DNA of 62,659 nt, counting the filler, from Sphacelaria rigidula (taxonomy: Eukaryota), in NCBI GenBank assembly GCA_964200075.2. It is 6 parts of 6 records of this genome, joined end to end, with 100 filler letters (N's around TTAATTAATTAA, not from the genome) between each part and the next. Parts side by side here need not be neighbours in the genome. Positions count along the whole stretch, not along the records: positions 1 to 10,361 come from CAXNAA020006653.1; positions 10,462 to 20,821 come from CAXNAA020006654.1; 4 more parts are not named here. One strand, written 5' to 3'. The notes under the pieces are model-generated. The model worked only from the letters and a program-made list of their open reading frames with translations, searched no databases and was not told the DNA's origin. A program made the translations under genes and the position numbers. Shown here in pieces: positions 1 to 13,706 of this stretch (the first letter of the stretch is position 1; each line of letters begins with the position of its first letter).

Positions 1-267
1 AAGCCATAAAGTCTGAAGGAAAAAAAATACCACGCACCCCTACGGCGGTCCCCCCCCCCCCCCTCCTGTCCGTTTGGCCTCCCCCCCCCCCCCCCCCCCC
101 TCGTACGGTGGACCTCTTAGTACGTTCTTATAACGAGAAGAGGTTTGTAGGGATGGCCAGTTTCGCCGGCTAGCGACAAGGATGTACACTGCTCTTCACA
201 TACCGAACATATTTGTTGTGTTGCCAAGCCAGAGATCTTTACAGAGGAATTCCCCATGATATGCCAC

Positions 268-326
268 CTCTGTTTCGACGGTCTGCTACTCTGCTTCGAT
301 GGTCTGCTACTCTGCTTCGAAGGTCA
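268..326. repeat. 21-bp tandem repeat (~2.8 copies)
   Basis: CTCTGCTTCGA(C/T/A)GGTCTGCTA. Confidence 0.75.
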
Positions 327-1287
327 CCTAGTATACCACATGTGTGTCTTATCCTCCACCATTTTTACGACTACTTAATGCCCGCTCAACTTCAGGGAGC
401 ACTTTTTGTTTCCCGTCGCGATAGTGGGGGGCGGGTTGTGAACCCGAGACCTCCCGTTCATGAAGCGTACGACTTATTATCTCTTGGTGTGGCCAACATG
501 AAACAGTGATTCCTTGACGGACACATGTGGGAATGTTTCACTTCTATGTTGTGGTGGTATCCACACAGCGATTGACAAAAACAAACACGAGATAAATTTG
601 GCATCCATGGATTAATCGTTAACCAACGAGGGCTGCGCTTTTGACAGTGGAGAACGTACTCACCTCCCCCCCTCTTCCGGAGAAAATATCGTGCGTGTAC
701 AACTGTCCAAAAAAAGAAAGTCGCCCGTCCTATTTCAATACAAAAATCGACGGGATGGGGATGGGGGTGGTGGTGGTGGGGGGGGGGGGTGACTTCGTAT
801 AGGGCCCTCCACGGCAGTAATCTCGGTATTTCGTACGCCGCATTCAGCCGATGGTACCGGCCGGGCCGCACGTCCATCTTTATCAAGTTTCGTCATTTTC
901 TGGACCCCCCTTTCCTCCCGCGAAGAGTCCGTAGTCTGGTGGAATCCGCATTTTATCTTTTCCTCGGTACCCGCCTGACGTCGAGCGTTTCGTCGAGCAC
1001 GCAGAGGATCAGCACTCCCGCACAATCAGTCGACAATCATCCATTTTTCTCGTTGTCTTTCAGCTCCTCACTCGTGACCCCACGCTGTCGACGACGTAAA
1101 CCAGGTTCTCGAGCATAACAGAAATAAAGGTACCGTGTATTGATTCGCTACATATCTGGCATCATCCATAATTCGTACCAGCGACGTTCGATATCGAATA
1201 TATGTCAAGTTTGAATACCGGGGTGCGGCGGTTTCAGTGACATACACGACATATATCATGTCATTCTCGGCCAGTCCGCACACTTTT

Positions 1288-1538
1288 GAAGGGTCTGACG
1301 AATTAATGATTTGTCTGGAAATTACTTGATTTTAGTATGTACGAATCAATCCTTAGGCTTTGTTTATTCAGCGTTGCAACCCAGGTACGCACAGCCCAGG
1401 CACCTGTAATGGAGAAAAAAAATGCGTGGAGACAGACCTTTTTGACCTGCGGTCAATTTTTTCCTCTCTTTCAAGTAACCAGGCCTGAAAAACCACGTGT
1501 TTGGTGATTCGAACCGGCGATGATTTGTCCGAACCGTG
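1288..1538. mobile_element. hAT-like MITE family J
   Basis: Homologous to 6564-6825; imperfect TIRs; near-perfect 8-bp TSD ACACTTTT/AAACTTTT. Confidence 0.65.
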
Positions 1539-4500
1539 AAACTTTTAAGCGCCTCGTTCCTACTGGTGTCGTCTCTCCTTCTATTTTTCCACCTGCATTC
1601 TGACTTGGGTGTATGCATTGTGAGCATCAGTTAGGTGACCGGTATTGCAAACTGAATGCGGTTCCTTCGGTTCGGTGCCTGTCAACAACAATTCCGCTAG
1701 TAACGCTGAGTAGATTCCGAGAAGCTGCGTTGAACTCCTTTGCTGGTCCCGTTCGCGCTACTACTGCTGTCGCTGTTGGATTGAAAAGCTCGCAAACTTG
1801 TTGTCCCATTCGTGCCGATGTAAAGATATGTGAAACTAGTGCAGGGCAACACCACTATTTGACTGCAAGCGCCCAGTCCCCCGTCTCTGGACATTGTCGG
1901 AAGGCGCACATAAATAGAAATGCGCACCCACAATGAACAGAGCAAGCAGCAGTATTGCTGCCCACAGAGCTCATCATACGACCGTGTAGTACTTTACTGC
2001 TGCTGCGATCTCTACTCAACAAGATTATAGATCAATTCCACTAACGCACAGCACCGCTCGACGGGGCACTCGAAGCTCCGCTGCTTGTGTACACACCCAA
2101 TCCACGAACAAATATCACAAAACAAGTATAACCAAACGTATTCCGACAACAGTGATTGAGGTAACACTTTTCGGTTGTAAGATAGCTTTGCAAAATCATG
2201 ACCCCCACTGCTTTCTCGTGCTAAGTTTACAGGGTCGTACATAGCCGGATCCCCAATAAAAAGCTAAACCGAAAGCTGTGTCGTCAATAACGGATATCCA
2301 ACGCCCAACCCTGGAAAATGCCAGAACATTCGACACAGGGTTTGCTAGCGGTTGCCTGTTTCGGAAGTGGGAGAGACCTCGCGATCAAGATGCGAGGAGG
2401 CGTGCGCCATGACTATCTTACACGCCTCTCTTGTGTTCACTGCCGTCTTATGGTTGCCGTCGAGCGCAACAAAGGCTTTCCAAAACCCACGGACACGAAG
2501 CTATGTCCGAGTTAGAGACCCGAGCTATCACACAGGGGGTATATCCTTGTGAAACATCAAATAGGAACATACCCGACAAACAAATGAACCTTGATTGATA
2601 ATTTGATTGATTGATATATTGTCGCACTTTAACTGACCCCCCCCAGGTAGTCATGATCCAGCCGTGGTCACACGATAGGCGTACTCAAGAAACACAAGAC
2701 TCAAGCACTTGCTGAAGAAAAAGAAGGAACAGAAAAAGTCGAACAAAACGACATGGTAGACTAAGACGTGAACAAAAAAAGAAGCCTCACACAGATGAAA
2801 GCACGTGCATAATACAAAGGCTCACGGGAAGTCTGCTCGAAGCGCAGCTCAGCAATCAAATCCTCCCTCTTGATTCTTCAGCACCCCTGACCTTCAGGAA
2901 ATAGTCTACTGTCACACAGTGACACTACCCAACGCGACCTTCGTGTTTCGAGCTTGAATGCTTCAGCACCCAAGGGCCCAAAATCGCCTCGCTGTACATA
3001 GTAGATACTGTAGGACGTGAGCTAAAGACGGCCAAAAAGGAAAAATGCGAAACGAGTATATAGGATGCGAGTAAAGCATGGAGTAGGTCGTCGTTGTGCA
3101 CCACGCTCGTCATCGGATACTGCCAACAACGACGATGTCTTGCCCCAGCTGAACGTAGCCTACATCCACCAGAGGCACAGAAAACCCTGCTGTGTTTTCG
3201 CGGAAGATGAAGAACAAACGTGACACATACACACGCACACAAGCAAAAAGCACAAGACAATAGAGGCACCTTAGGCGGGCGAAACATACACAGAACACGT
3301 ATCGTGCCCTGCACTCTTGGGTTCTAGTGGGAACGGGTCGACCGTAGATCGGCCACTGAAAAATAGTGAGAAGCGACTGCTTTGGGCAGACAGCATGCAC
3401 GAGTCACAGGCGTGGAGGCAGGAGGACAGGGGAACAGGATACAGATGTGTCGCTATTGGCCGTGATACTCGAAAACTCAGCAGAGCTCCTTGCGATAGCC
3501 TTGCTATAGCGACAAAACATATGGGTTGGAGATCAGCCGGTGGTATTGCTCCGTAAGAAGATAAAATACGTCCATTCAACTGACGACCCATCCTGGTGGT
3601 CAAGCGGTTACGGATACTCTGGTTATACCCACACGTCGTTAGGTCAAAACGTTTTTCCGGGATGCACTGCTCTTGCTTGCGTGCTTGCTCGACCAACTAT
3701 CGAACGTGAACATGACCGTGAACATTAGACGATCCACTACGAATACAGCTGTGGTGACGAGGAGGAAATATCCAAAGGGAGCTGAACGGACAGGTTCGCC
3801 ACGGTAAACTCGAGAGGAGCGGCGAAAAGAGGACATAGAGAAAGAAAAAACAAGTAGAACGAATCGGCAAAGAGCCCAGGCCGAGAGCTAGTAACGATCC
3901 CGAGAAATTTCCTCCACAGGACCCTGTCACGGCACCAGGTAAAAAAGAGGCGGTATGAAAATCAAGGTCGTGGACGCATGTTGCAACTCAGCTACCTGGG
4001 GACCGCACTAGTAGGCCGAAATCCTCAGTCTCTAGCAAGGCAACACCATGCATTGCCTCGGTAGGCTCAGAAAAAGGCATGTGTCATTATAAATAAAGGT
4101 TGTTATGTCGAGGAAAGAAGTCGCCCTAGAGAGAGCAGGTAGGTTTCCGGTGTAGGCTACAATACATACATAGTGTCTGTAGGACTGCTGGTGGGATACG
4201 CTGACGGTAAAGAACAGGAATGAAACCACGCGAACAGGCTGCTTGCCGGCACAATCACGTAACTTGAAAAGTGCAGCGGAAATACGCATCTTCTTCGAAA
4301 ACCTTGCTGTCGCTCCTGGTGCAGTATCGTCAGCAAGTTTGGTGGAATTTTGGTGTACCATCCCTACTTCAGGCGGATTTTGCGAGTTCCAATCTCGACA
4401 GTACAGATTGGCGATTTCTGATTGTATCGTATCCCTTATCAATGAGGAAGCCAAGAGCTACAAAGATGACATCCAGGGCGAGGGCTAGCGGTTCATCCGT

Positions 4501-6563
4501 TCATCGAGCGAGGCCCTTAAAGTACTTGATGGCCCGGTAAGGATACCACGCGATATGCAACGGCGGGAACGTTCTCGCTTCCCGCACAATCATACATAGG
4601 CGTCGTCCGACTTCACACATGCGAACGACCCACCGATAGGATGATACCCGGAAGCTAGCTTCCTCTACTGCATGGGCCCGGCGTGATGTACTGCTTTCCA
4701 AAGCGAGATGATTCTCAAAGCAAATCGACAGCAAGACAATAAAGCCCTTACGACACATTCTATCGGTCCGGTCTCTGGTGCCCAGAGGGATGACAGACTG
4801 TGTACGTGTGTGTGTGTTGTCGTGGCCCTGTTAACGCCGTCCCCTTCCTCAGAACGACCTCATTAGAGTCGAGCGAACAACCGTACTCATTGCACCAGTT
4901 TCCTCGCACCGCGAAAATTATCGTCGAATGTTCTTTGCTACTCGCACCACCGAGCTCTTGACAGCGGAAAGCAGATTGTGCTCAACGGAAGCGTTATGCC
5001 GCGATATCCTACCCAACAAAAGTGGTTGGTTAGAGGAGGCAAAATCTACATGCGAATCAAACTGACAAATGCCGAGCACACCGAGCAGCTGGAATCTCCC
5101 ACGATTGGGATCGCTGTCACCATTGTCGCCCCTATGAGGCGCTTCATGCCGTGCACAACCAGCTAGCATGCGCTGTATGGACATTTTTTTCGGGACAGGT
5201 TTGGGGCAGATTTCGGGGGAGGGGGTGTTATCGCGGCATCACTCGGGAGCGCATCTGCCGGGATACGAGCGCGTAACTGTCTGTCCGAACTGGCGATTGT
5301 ATTTGTGAACCAGTTCTACCACGGGGCGGCAGCGACAGTTTTGTCTCAGAACACTTGAAGGTTGAAGAGTGTTATTACGTCAACCGTATCCTCGACGGCT
5401 AGCTGAATTTCGGGATATGGGTTCATCCTTCGCAACAACTAAAGGCCGTCATCTCACCCCCTGTCGAGACGCCCGAGGGATCTCCGCGTCCAGCGGCAGT
5501 TTTTGGACTACTCGCCAAGACGTTGAACCCTCGCAGAAAGGCGGGCGCAATGGTCACCACTACTCGGTCCACCAGGTGGCCGCTGCTGCGGTCCGCTTCA
5601 CCATCATGTCCCCCTTTTCTTGCATCATGATCCAGCCCTCGTAAAAACGACGAAATCACGCTGGCTCCCCCCTGGATGAACGAAACAGAACGTGCGTTGC
5701 GTTCGTCATACATCTGGTATACACATGTAATCAAGCACCACACCGGCTAACATCGCCAGATGTTGGAAGAGTGGTTCCGAAAAGTGCGGCGTTCATCCGG
5801 TCACTCGGACTATTTTTAACAAAGCATGTGACACACGTACCTCAGTCGGGGTAAGTTTTCATAACTTGCGATACACGGTAAAACATCTACACGTTGTATA
5901 TATACCACTGAAAGTTTATACAACACGCTCCGGCAATAGAACATCGACTATTCGGAGCACCATGGCGGCATCGACAGTTGTGTATCGGGGTACGTTGATT
6001 ACCACCCCCAGGGTATCACCCTCGGGTTTATGAGTTTTCGGGGCCCAAAACATCATCACCCGGGGGTGGTACCCTGTGCATCTTACGGTATCTCGTTAAC
6101 CCTTCGACCACGAAGCGGACTAGTCGGAACCACGCATGTGCGCCAAAATATGCCGTTTTGTATCTCGATATTCATAGTCCATCAACTATTCATTGCAGCA
6201 AAAGACAAGCCTCCCCGAAACGTTCGGGGTCAAGGGGTCACGTGCATGCCTGGTGCATCGGCTTTCAGTGTCTGGAAATCGGATGAACCTAGCAGCACGA
6301 ACTGTTTCACCATGCCGCATTTTCCCTCCCTTGCCGTACTCGAGGCTTGCCTCCCAAGCCTGTGCGCTTCAGTCATGTCGGGTACATATCAACTTCTATC
6401 TTGAGGTCACGGCTACATTCGGGACCGTTCGGCTACTTGGTGACGACGAGTCAAATCGACTGACCGATCTATTTTCATTCTATTTCGCAAACGCACCCTC
6501 TCCCGGGGCCATGCGGCAGGGGTCTGCCGCTTCTTCATATTCGGGATCGGGTGTAGATCTTAG

Positions 6564-6825
6564 CAATGTTCAGACGAATCAGTGATTCGTCCGGAAATCA
6601 CTTGATTTTAGTGTAAGTGATTCATTCGTGTTGTACGAATCAATCCTTCAGCTTTATTTTCAGCGTTGTAACCCAGGTGCGAGCAGCCCAGGCACGTGGA
6701 ATGGCGCCAAAATTCCGCGGAACCCTTTCTGACCAGCGGTCAATTTTTTCATCTTTTTCGAGCTATCAGGCCTGAACAATCGTAAATGTGTTGATTGGAA
6801 CCGGCGCTGATTCGTCCGAACCGTG
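6564..6825. mobile_element. MITE family J copy
   Basis: TIR CAATGTTCAGACGAATCAG / CTGATTCGTCCGAACCGTG; no clear TSD. Confidence 0.65.
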
Positions 6826-7467
6826 CTGCCCGTGGTGCCTTTTCTTGTTTTTCTTTCCAGTTCCTTTCCTCTGTTCATTTTTCTTCTCCCTTTTGTTTTC
6901 GGTGTTTCCAGCTTCATCAGCTTACCATAGTCTGTGCGTTCCCTCCTCCCCCCTCTTTTTCATCTGCCCTCCTCTTTCCCCCACGGGTGCTTCCGTTCAT
7001 TTACCTCGGGTAGGTATCTATTACGACTATGGCAGGATCCACACGGGATGAGATGATGTGCAGCAATCATTCACTCGACGAAGCAATCAATGTCAACTGT
7101 GAGTCAAACGCTCTTGCCTCGACCATGAGACTCCTGAAGCCCATGGAGTAAAGCTTCTCCAAGCAATCCAGGATATCGCACCGTCCATCGGGGGTTAGCC
7201 TGCAGTGCGCAATGATGAAGCTGTTTGCTGCGCGATCTTCGGAGCCCTCGCGACTTCTCGATGCCCACTCAGCTAGCCACCTTCGTCCACAAGTTGATAC
7301 GTATTGTTATTTTTGCGTACGGGATATCACGGCATTCAGGATCAGGCAGAGTCAGCTAAGTAGGCTCTATAAATGGTTAAACCGCATTTCCCCCAGCAAG
7401 ATGGAACTATTTGATTTTGCCCTTTCATCTCAATCTTGATTTTGCAGGCACTTAATGTCCAATTTTG

Positions 7468-7672
7468 CAGGGGCAGGTCGAGTAGAGTACACTCAATTGA
7501 GGGGTATTTCGAAAGACGTACTTGAGGTACTCAAATTCGGGTAGAGTGTTGGGAGTCGTACCCAAAAAGTGACCGGAAAGCGATCCATTAAACCTCACCC
7601 TCAATTTGTGTACTTGAAGTACGACTTTAAAAATACCCCGCAATTGAGTATACTCTACTCGACCTGCCCTTG
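7468..7672. mobile_element. hAT-type MITE, same TIR family as 28357-29685
   Basis: TIR CAGGGGCAGGTCGAGTAGAGTA / TACTCTACTCGACCTGCCCTTG; perfect 8-bp TSD CAATTTTG. Confidence 0.9.
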
Positions 7673-9920
7673 CAATTTTGCTACGAGGTGGTCAGGGTTG
7701 GTCATTTTGAAGAGGAACACCATCGTAGTTGTGATTGCCTATGCGATTGCCCACTTCTCGCCAGGCTTGTTCGATCGACCTGGGAATAGGCACCTTGTCC
7801 CCCTCCCCCTCTTCACTCAAGAGACTGTCAGCGGAGTTACGGCTTCGAGAGGAGGCTTGCAGTTGACCCTTTTGAAACTCGCGGAAAACAGTACAAACTC
7901 CCTTCCCACATGCAAGCTTTCGTCATCAGGAAAAACGTCACTTCGAGCGGTGCACCGCTTTGGTCGGATGCATCATAAAACAGTTGTGGAAAACCAACCA
8001 TATCTTGTCCTAAAAAATGTCAATTTTAAATCGTCATTTTTCCATCAACAGTTCCGAAAGGCTGAAGGGACCAACACCAAGATACATGCTGACGGCAGAC
8101 CCTGCGGAAAGCACACACTTTCCCCCGGAGTTGCTGCCAACATATATTGACAAAACAAACGTGGGAAAATAGAAGCCATGGCCTTGTCCCGGCGGGGTGG
8201 CTTGATGCAAAGCGTACGTGTTTGTGTTTCGGTGCATGGCAATCAACTGCTTGACCCCATGGTACGAGTTGTCATCCGGGAAAACTCGTCATCATGGGAT
8301 AAAAAGAACCGTATTTTTCAGAAATCATTATGTGGATATGGTTAGTATATTTGACGGAAAATGAGCGATCAGTCTGGGGGTACGGGTAGAGTACCTGACG
8401 GAAAATCAGCGAATGCGTCACGAAAATCGGGCTGGAGCGTTTTCTACCCGTGTTCTGGTGCTGGGACGCTAACTGCTGTTTGATCCCCGATAAACTGGGT
8501 TTGGAAGAAAAACAGTCGCGGTATGATATTATTGAAATACAACGCAAGCAATACTGTAGATTGATTACCAAGTGAGCCGTTATTGTTTCTCGACAGTTAT
8601 GGGACAGCGGCAGCTCTTGATTCGTTCGTGTTTGTGCGACCGCTGCATAACTAGAGCACGGTTGATCTCAAACCAACATTAACCCTTTTCCCGAAAGCAC
8701 TACTGCAGAACTCAGCGCAAATTACCTACCTCCACGCGTCCGGAGAAGAAACGTCGGTGAAAATCACCGCTCCCCCGAGCCGCATGCTCCGAGGCAACTC
8801 ACTCAAATTGTTCGCCAGAATCACTGCTCGCGGCGACATGTCCTCGGCTGTTGCTTCTTCTGGTGTCGCCGCTGATCGTGACGGCGCTTTTGGTTGGAGT
8901 TGCTGTCTCTCATCTCCCGTCATCAGCTCGTCATCGCGGATGTTCTGGCAGCCGCCGGCGTGGTGAAGAAGAGGCGGCTGCAGTTCTCGTGGAGGCCAAT
9001 GGCGAACGTTAAGCCTGCGATGTCCCGGGGAAGGTCATGGGGGGGTGTTGCGGGGGAGGGGGAGGGGGGCGCCCCTTTGATTCGGTTGGCAGAGCACACC
9101 ATTAATTAGTCCAATACAGAGGCTAGGAACCAAAATATGGATGGCTCTCCGGACAAGGTGTGGGTAAATATTGCGGGATGTATGCTCGGAGATTAGCCGA
9201 ATACTAAATTCTGAAAAACGAATCATGACTGTAACAAGACCCCTGTTCGAAATGAAGGAGACGGGGTCCGCGGGACTTGCAGATCGCAGCCGACGCCTAC
9301 CTCACGAAGCATGGACCTAACCACAGTAGCAAATACACTTTTGTGACGTGCAACATGCTTGATGGGGAACATCAAGTCGACGCCGAGACAAGGAACTAAG
9401 TAGCCCAAGCATGAGCCCTGGATGAAGTTTCACATCTGAGCTGCGATATTCTGGTGGAGGCAACACTTTTGTGTCCTCGAGAGGGGGGGCATACTCACTT
9501 GTTTCTTGCCTCAGTCGTTCGACCATCGACCACGTTCCCTTTCGAGACAAAGTATTTGTCTCTCGAGAGGCCGACAATAACCAAAACTTGCTTGGCACGG
9601 GGGAGCAACGAGTGATCCGTACAACACGAACATACCGTAAGTCGTAACCCTGAGCCGGGGTCGAGTTGTCGGGGCCGCAACGGCAATACTTTCCTTGACT
9701 GCTGCTGGAAAAGAAGTATATCGAAGCAGTGCGCGCAGTACATTCATATATATACTCGGGAGAAACAGGTGACGGCCGAACAATACGACGTGAGCCATAC
9801 CCACTGTCCATGCCTTTCTGTGAAACCAGGGGAACTATGTACATATAGATATATGTGGTTGAATCCCTAGCGATGTGATCATCAACACACATGAACAATA
9901 CCCTAATTCCTACTTCCTCC

Positions 9921-9958
<38 letters not shown>

Positions 9959-10260
9959 ACACGAAGCCGGAGCGACGACAGGCTTGCTCCAACCCGTTAC
10001 AGACGTGATTACCATCCACTCTAGGTGAGCCATATACAATCTCTGCCGCAGTGTGCAAAACCGAATAGAAAGATACATTCAGTCGAACCCGGCATATCAC
10101 ACAGTTCGCTTGGGGTTGATGCGTTCCGCACGAGAAATGGAACTTTTGAAATCACGACGTCAAAGACACCTCCACCCATGCTCGTTGGGCGACTCATTGG
10201 GCCGAGCGCTGTGGTCTAGGTGTAAAGCCTGATGAATGAACCCCACCTTTGGAGGGGGGG

Positions 10261-10356
10261 GTATTCATGATCATGCATGCCATAGTCAGAAGACCATTGA
10301 CCTCACATCCCTATGAAGCCGGGACGGAGCACGCCGAGTTTTCGTCGGACCAGGCT
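10261..10356 (-). mobile_element. Family B copy at contig end
   Basis: G-run followed by GTATTCATGATCATGCATGCCATAGTC... Confidence 0.75.
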
Positions 10357-10361
10357 GCGTT

Positions 10362-10461
10362 NNNNNNNNNNNNNNNNNNNNNNNNNNNNNNNNNNNNNNN
10401 NNNNNTTAATTAATTAANNNNNNNNNNNNNNNNNNNNNNNNNNNNNNNNNNNNNNNNNNNN
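10362..10461. other. Artificial contig-join spacer (N44-TTAATTAATTAA-N44)
   Basis: Identical 100-nt spacer with stops in all six frames; the contigs it separates are 10359-10361 bp, as if size-sorted. Confidence 0.97.
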
Positions 10462-10529
10462 GTGTGCCCACATATACCGAAAGGTGTAGACCGGCGCCCA
10501 GAATAGATGGGACGACAACACACAACACA
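10462..10529 (+). mobile_element. SINE family A 3' fragment at contig start
   Basis: GCCCACATATACCGAAAGGTGTAGACCGG...GACGACAACACAC matches the family A tail. Confidence 0.75.
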
Positions 10530-10860
10530 GGGTTAGTTAGTCTGTTTCTCAAATCGATGTCCCGCGGGTGTCCGAGAGTACCCAGCATTTTGCAACAGCC
10601 GGCCCCTCGGCCATGTTAGTTATTCAATCCGAGCAGGGTAGCTAATGAACAACTTGGTAGTGGTGGTGATGTTTTTTGTTGTTATCGCTGCCCCCTTTCT
10701 TTCCTTTCTGACGCCGTTGCTTCTGTCGTTTTTCTGGTCCTTTCTTTCTTCTTTGTATTACATTTATGTTATTATGTTCTATTTTTGCTGCTCCTGACCA
10801 TGGGCTGGATTGGTGCAATCAGCTAATGTGATGTAATCAAACAATCAATCAATCAACTTG

Positions 10861-11575
10861 TTTTCGAAAATGAGGTTCAAGATTTAAAACGAGGTTCAAC
10901 TTTACAACAGTGCTTTCGCTGACCTGAAGTCATGAGAAATTACTTTCAACAATGTCTTCGTGAGATTGTGAGTAGAGGACACGGTTGAGAGTGAAAAATG
11001 GTCAATTAGTGAACGAATCGTTTCAGTTCCGAAATGCCCCTCCGCGAGGCCCGATATACTTTTGTATAGTAGCTCGCCACTGAGGCCCTTGATATCCCTG
11101 AGTAGGATATCGACGTGTAGCTGTAAGCACACGCCAGTGACGGAGGTAAAGAAAAGCACATACGGAATTGAAAAATGACTCACTTAAAGCGAATGATCAA
11201 AGCCATTCTCAATCAGCGCTCTCCTCTAAATCTCACGAAAACGTTTTCATGCAGACGACCTCATGCCACCCCGGCCTCCCTGAAATTATGTTTAGGGTTT
11301 CCCCGTCTTCCGTTTCCCCGAAGAGTATGTGCGAGAAACATTATTTTCGGGCTGAAAAGCGTTCCTCTTTTCGCCCCCAAATTGAGGCAAAAAAAGTGCT
11401 TTCGCACATACCCTTTGGAAAAACCGAAGACGGAAAACGCGCGAAAATAGTTATAGGGAGGTCAGGGGGCATGGGGTCATCCATATTAAAGACATTTGTC
11501 ATAATATGTTTAGGTCAGGGAAATCATTGTTTTCGCGTTGAACCTCATTTTAATGTACAACCTCATTTTCGGAAA
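10861..11575. mobile_element. ~420-bp foldback element with a MITE (family H, ~10951-11245) nested in its left arm
   Basis: 10861-10950 plus 11250-11365 mirror 11365-11575 (TTTTCGAAAATGAGGTT / AACCTCATTTTCGGAAA; ACCTCATGCC..CTCCCT / AGGGAG..GGCATGGGGT). Confidence 0.7.
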
Positions 11576-11837
11576 TAATATGCACATGCACGGTGCCCGT
11601 GTCTGAGTCCCTTTAATTTGAGGTGGACTGGCGAGGGCAAAACGATATAGTAATGGGAAACTTTCAGGGGCGAAAAGACACTTACCTCACAAACGTGAAA
11701 GAGCCACAGCAATAGAAGGATCAGCGGACAATGTATCGACGTGCCGCCCGGCCATGATCGACCTTGTCTCGCCCGTTCGGCCACCATCTCCTCCGCCCAA
11801 CCTCTGCAACATGTAGGGAGTGTAAAACGCTTAGAAC

Positions 11838-12136
11838 AACGTTTCCGTGAGATTGAGAGTAGAGCGCTGACTGAAAGTGGTTTTGATAATTCGCTGTGAT
11901 TCAGCCAAATTTTCATTCCGTGTGTGCTTTTCTTTGCTCCGTCACTGGCATGTGCGCACAGCTACACGTCGATATCCTACTCAGGGATATCAAAGGCCTC
12001 AGTGGCAAGCTACAACGGAAAAGCATATTATTGCGCCTCGGGGAGGGGCATTTCGGAACTGAAACGATTCATTCACCGATTGACCGTTTTTCACTCTCAA
12101 TGCTATCCTCTACTACTCTCAATCTCACGAAAACAC
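11838..12136. mobile_element. MITE family H copy, inverted relative to 10951-11245
   Basis: TIR CGTGAGATTGAGAGTAG / CTACTCTCAATCTCACG; ~300-bp reverse-complement homology; partial third copy at ~21003-21070. Confidence 0.75.
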
Positions 12137-13001
12137 AGTTAAAGACTATTCTACCCCATACACTATGTGTATGCAAGTTTCTGTGATGAAAAAGCACTGC
12201 GTCGAAAGGAGCGAGAGAGGGGCACGGCATTCAGCCCTTGGAAACGAGGACCTTCTCATCAGCAATCAGTCTGCTCGCATGTTAGCTGTTTGCATTTTGT
12301 GTCCCAGTTCTTGACACTGGCATAGCTCTATGCGTATACGTATTTGTGCCTCAAAAGCGCACGGTGAAGAGGAAATCGGCCACCTAGATCCGGAGGAACG
12401 CGTGTCGTGAAGGGTAGCTCACAAGGAGTCCAACATCGCTAGTGGGTAGCATTCCCGGGGTAAGTTACTCTTTTTGGTCTGCTGATGCGACTGCTCAGCC
12501 ACTTACGGTCCCCACAGGATGCTAGGGGGCTTCGTTCGTGACGATCAAAGAGACGCATATGGGTTTGATCTAACGCCCACAAATCATCGAAATAGTCATA
12601 ACATTGTGAGGAGCGCACGCTTGGCGCCAAAACTCTGTACTTTTCACACCACGCCGACCTGGCACGTTGCTTTCAACCCTCCTCTTGTACAAGAAGGATG
12701 ACTTACGCTGAGCATGTGCGCTGAGTAATAGCATTGGTGCTAGAGAGACGGAAAATCACAGCATCGACCAGGTAACAATTTCTTCTGGAAAGTGAGAGAG
12801 TACGGCACAAACTGGACAGTTCGTGTCGTGAAAGATATTCGAGGACGACCCCATAAAAGCCCAACGGCCGACATGTGTCGTACTCCGAAGTGACGACATC
12901 ATCTGATACCAAATATGAACTTGCTGGTGAAGCCATGGAGTGTTCTTCTGGATCGATGCCTTGGTGCTCTTAGCCGTACGGTGTCATGCGTTGTATGTAA
13001 A

Positions 13002-13302
13002 GCCGTCGCGCCCCAGTGATGTAATGGTCCGACTGGCGCCGTTAGGATGGAGAGAAGGAGCGTTCGATTCCCGATGTGTTGGGGATTTTATTTCGTAGTA
13101 TCTTATTTCCATCGTGGAAAGCGTAAGAACGTGAGTGAACGAAGTAGTTGACTGAGTTTGTTTGACGTGAGTTGACGCGGTGCGGGAGTAGTACTGATAG
13201 TCATGACCCAATCCGCGAGACCAAAATGCAAGGCGTGTACCGGGGGAGATATGAATGGGTTGATCCCTTGAGATCACGGACTCGTCCCGAGGAAGGAGGG
13301 GG
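13002..13302 (+). mobile_element. tRNA-headed SINE family D copy (G-rich 3' end)
   Basis: A-box-like TGATGTAATGG, B box GTTCGATTCC, ends GAGGAAGGAGGGGG; homologous to 48827-49104 and 45255-45542. Confidence 0.8.
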
Positions 13303-13512
13303 CTTCAAAGCGCGACAAATAAAAAATGATAATGAATAATATAACGTAACGCACCTGTCAAAGGCGGACATGATCTCCCACGACAGAGAAAATACCGAGA
13401 TCATCACGGAAAGGAACACGACGCTGTCCGCCGCAACCACTTCGTCATCGTTCCAGGCAGAGGCCAGTGCCACTGTCTGAATCAGCATCTGCGCAGGAGG
13501 GGGGCGGGGGGA

Positions 13513-13706
13513 GTGTACTCATGGTCTTGTATGCCGTAGTCATATGAATATTGACCTCGTATCCCTACGAAGCCATGAAGGAGCACACCGGGTTTTCGCC
13601 GGACCAAGCTCGCAATCAATCACCAAGCGCGAGGCGCCCTTGTACGTTCGGCGAGTCGCGTGAAAGGTGAGCTGCATCCTGCTAGGATCGTTCGGCCCGC
13701 AGCGTA
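13513..13706 (-). mobile_element. Family B long copy
   Basis: Colinear reverse complement; abuts G-rich run at 13496-13511. Confidence 0.75.

Noticed and set aside
7569-10078. Long ORFs 7569-8150 (+) and 9317-10078 (-), and similar ones at 22785-23474, 40731-41381, 45629-46231 and 46572-47243
   Set aside because: No recognisable domains; several run through MITEs or microsatellites or lie antisense within introns. Treated as chance ORFs pending a BLASTX search.
10406-10417. Regularly spaced TTAATTAATTAA motif every ~10.46 kb
   Set aside because: Embedded in N runs; a concatenation linker. Gene adjacency across spacers is therefore meaningless.
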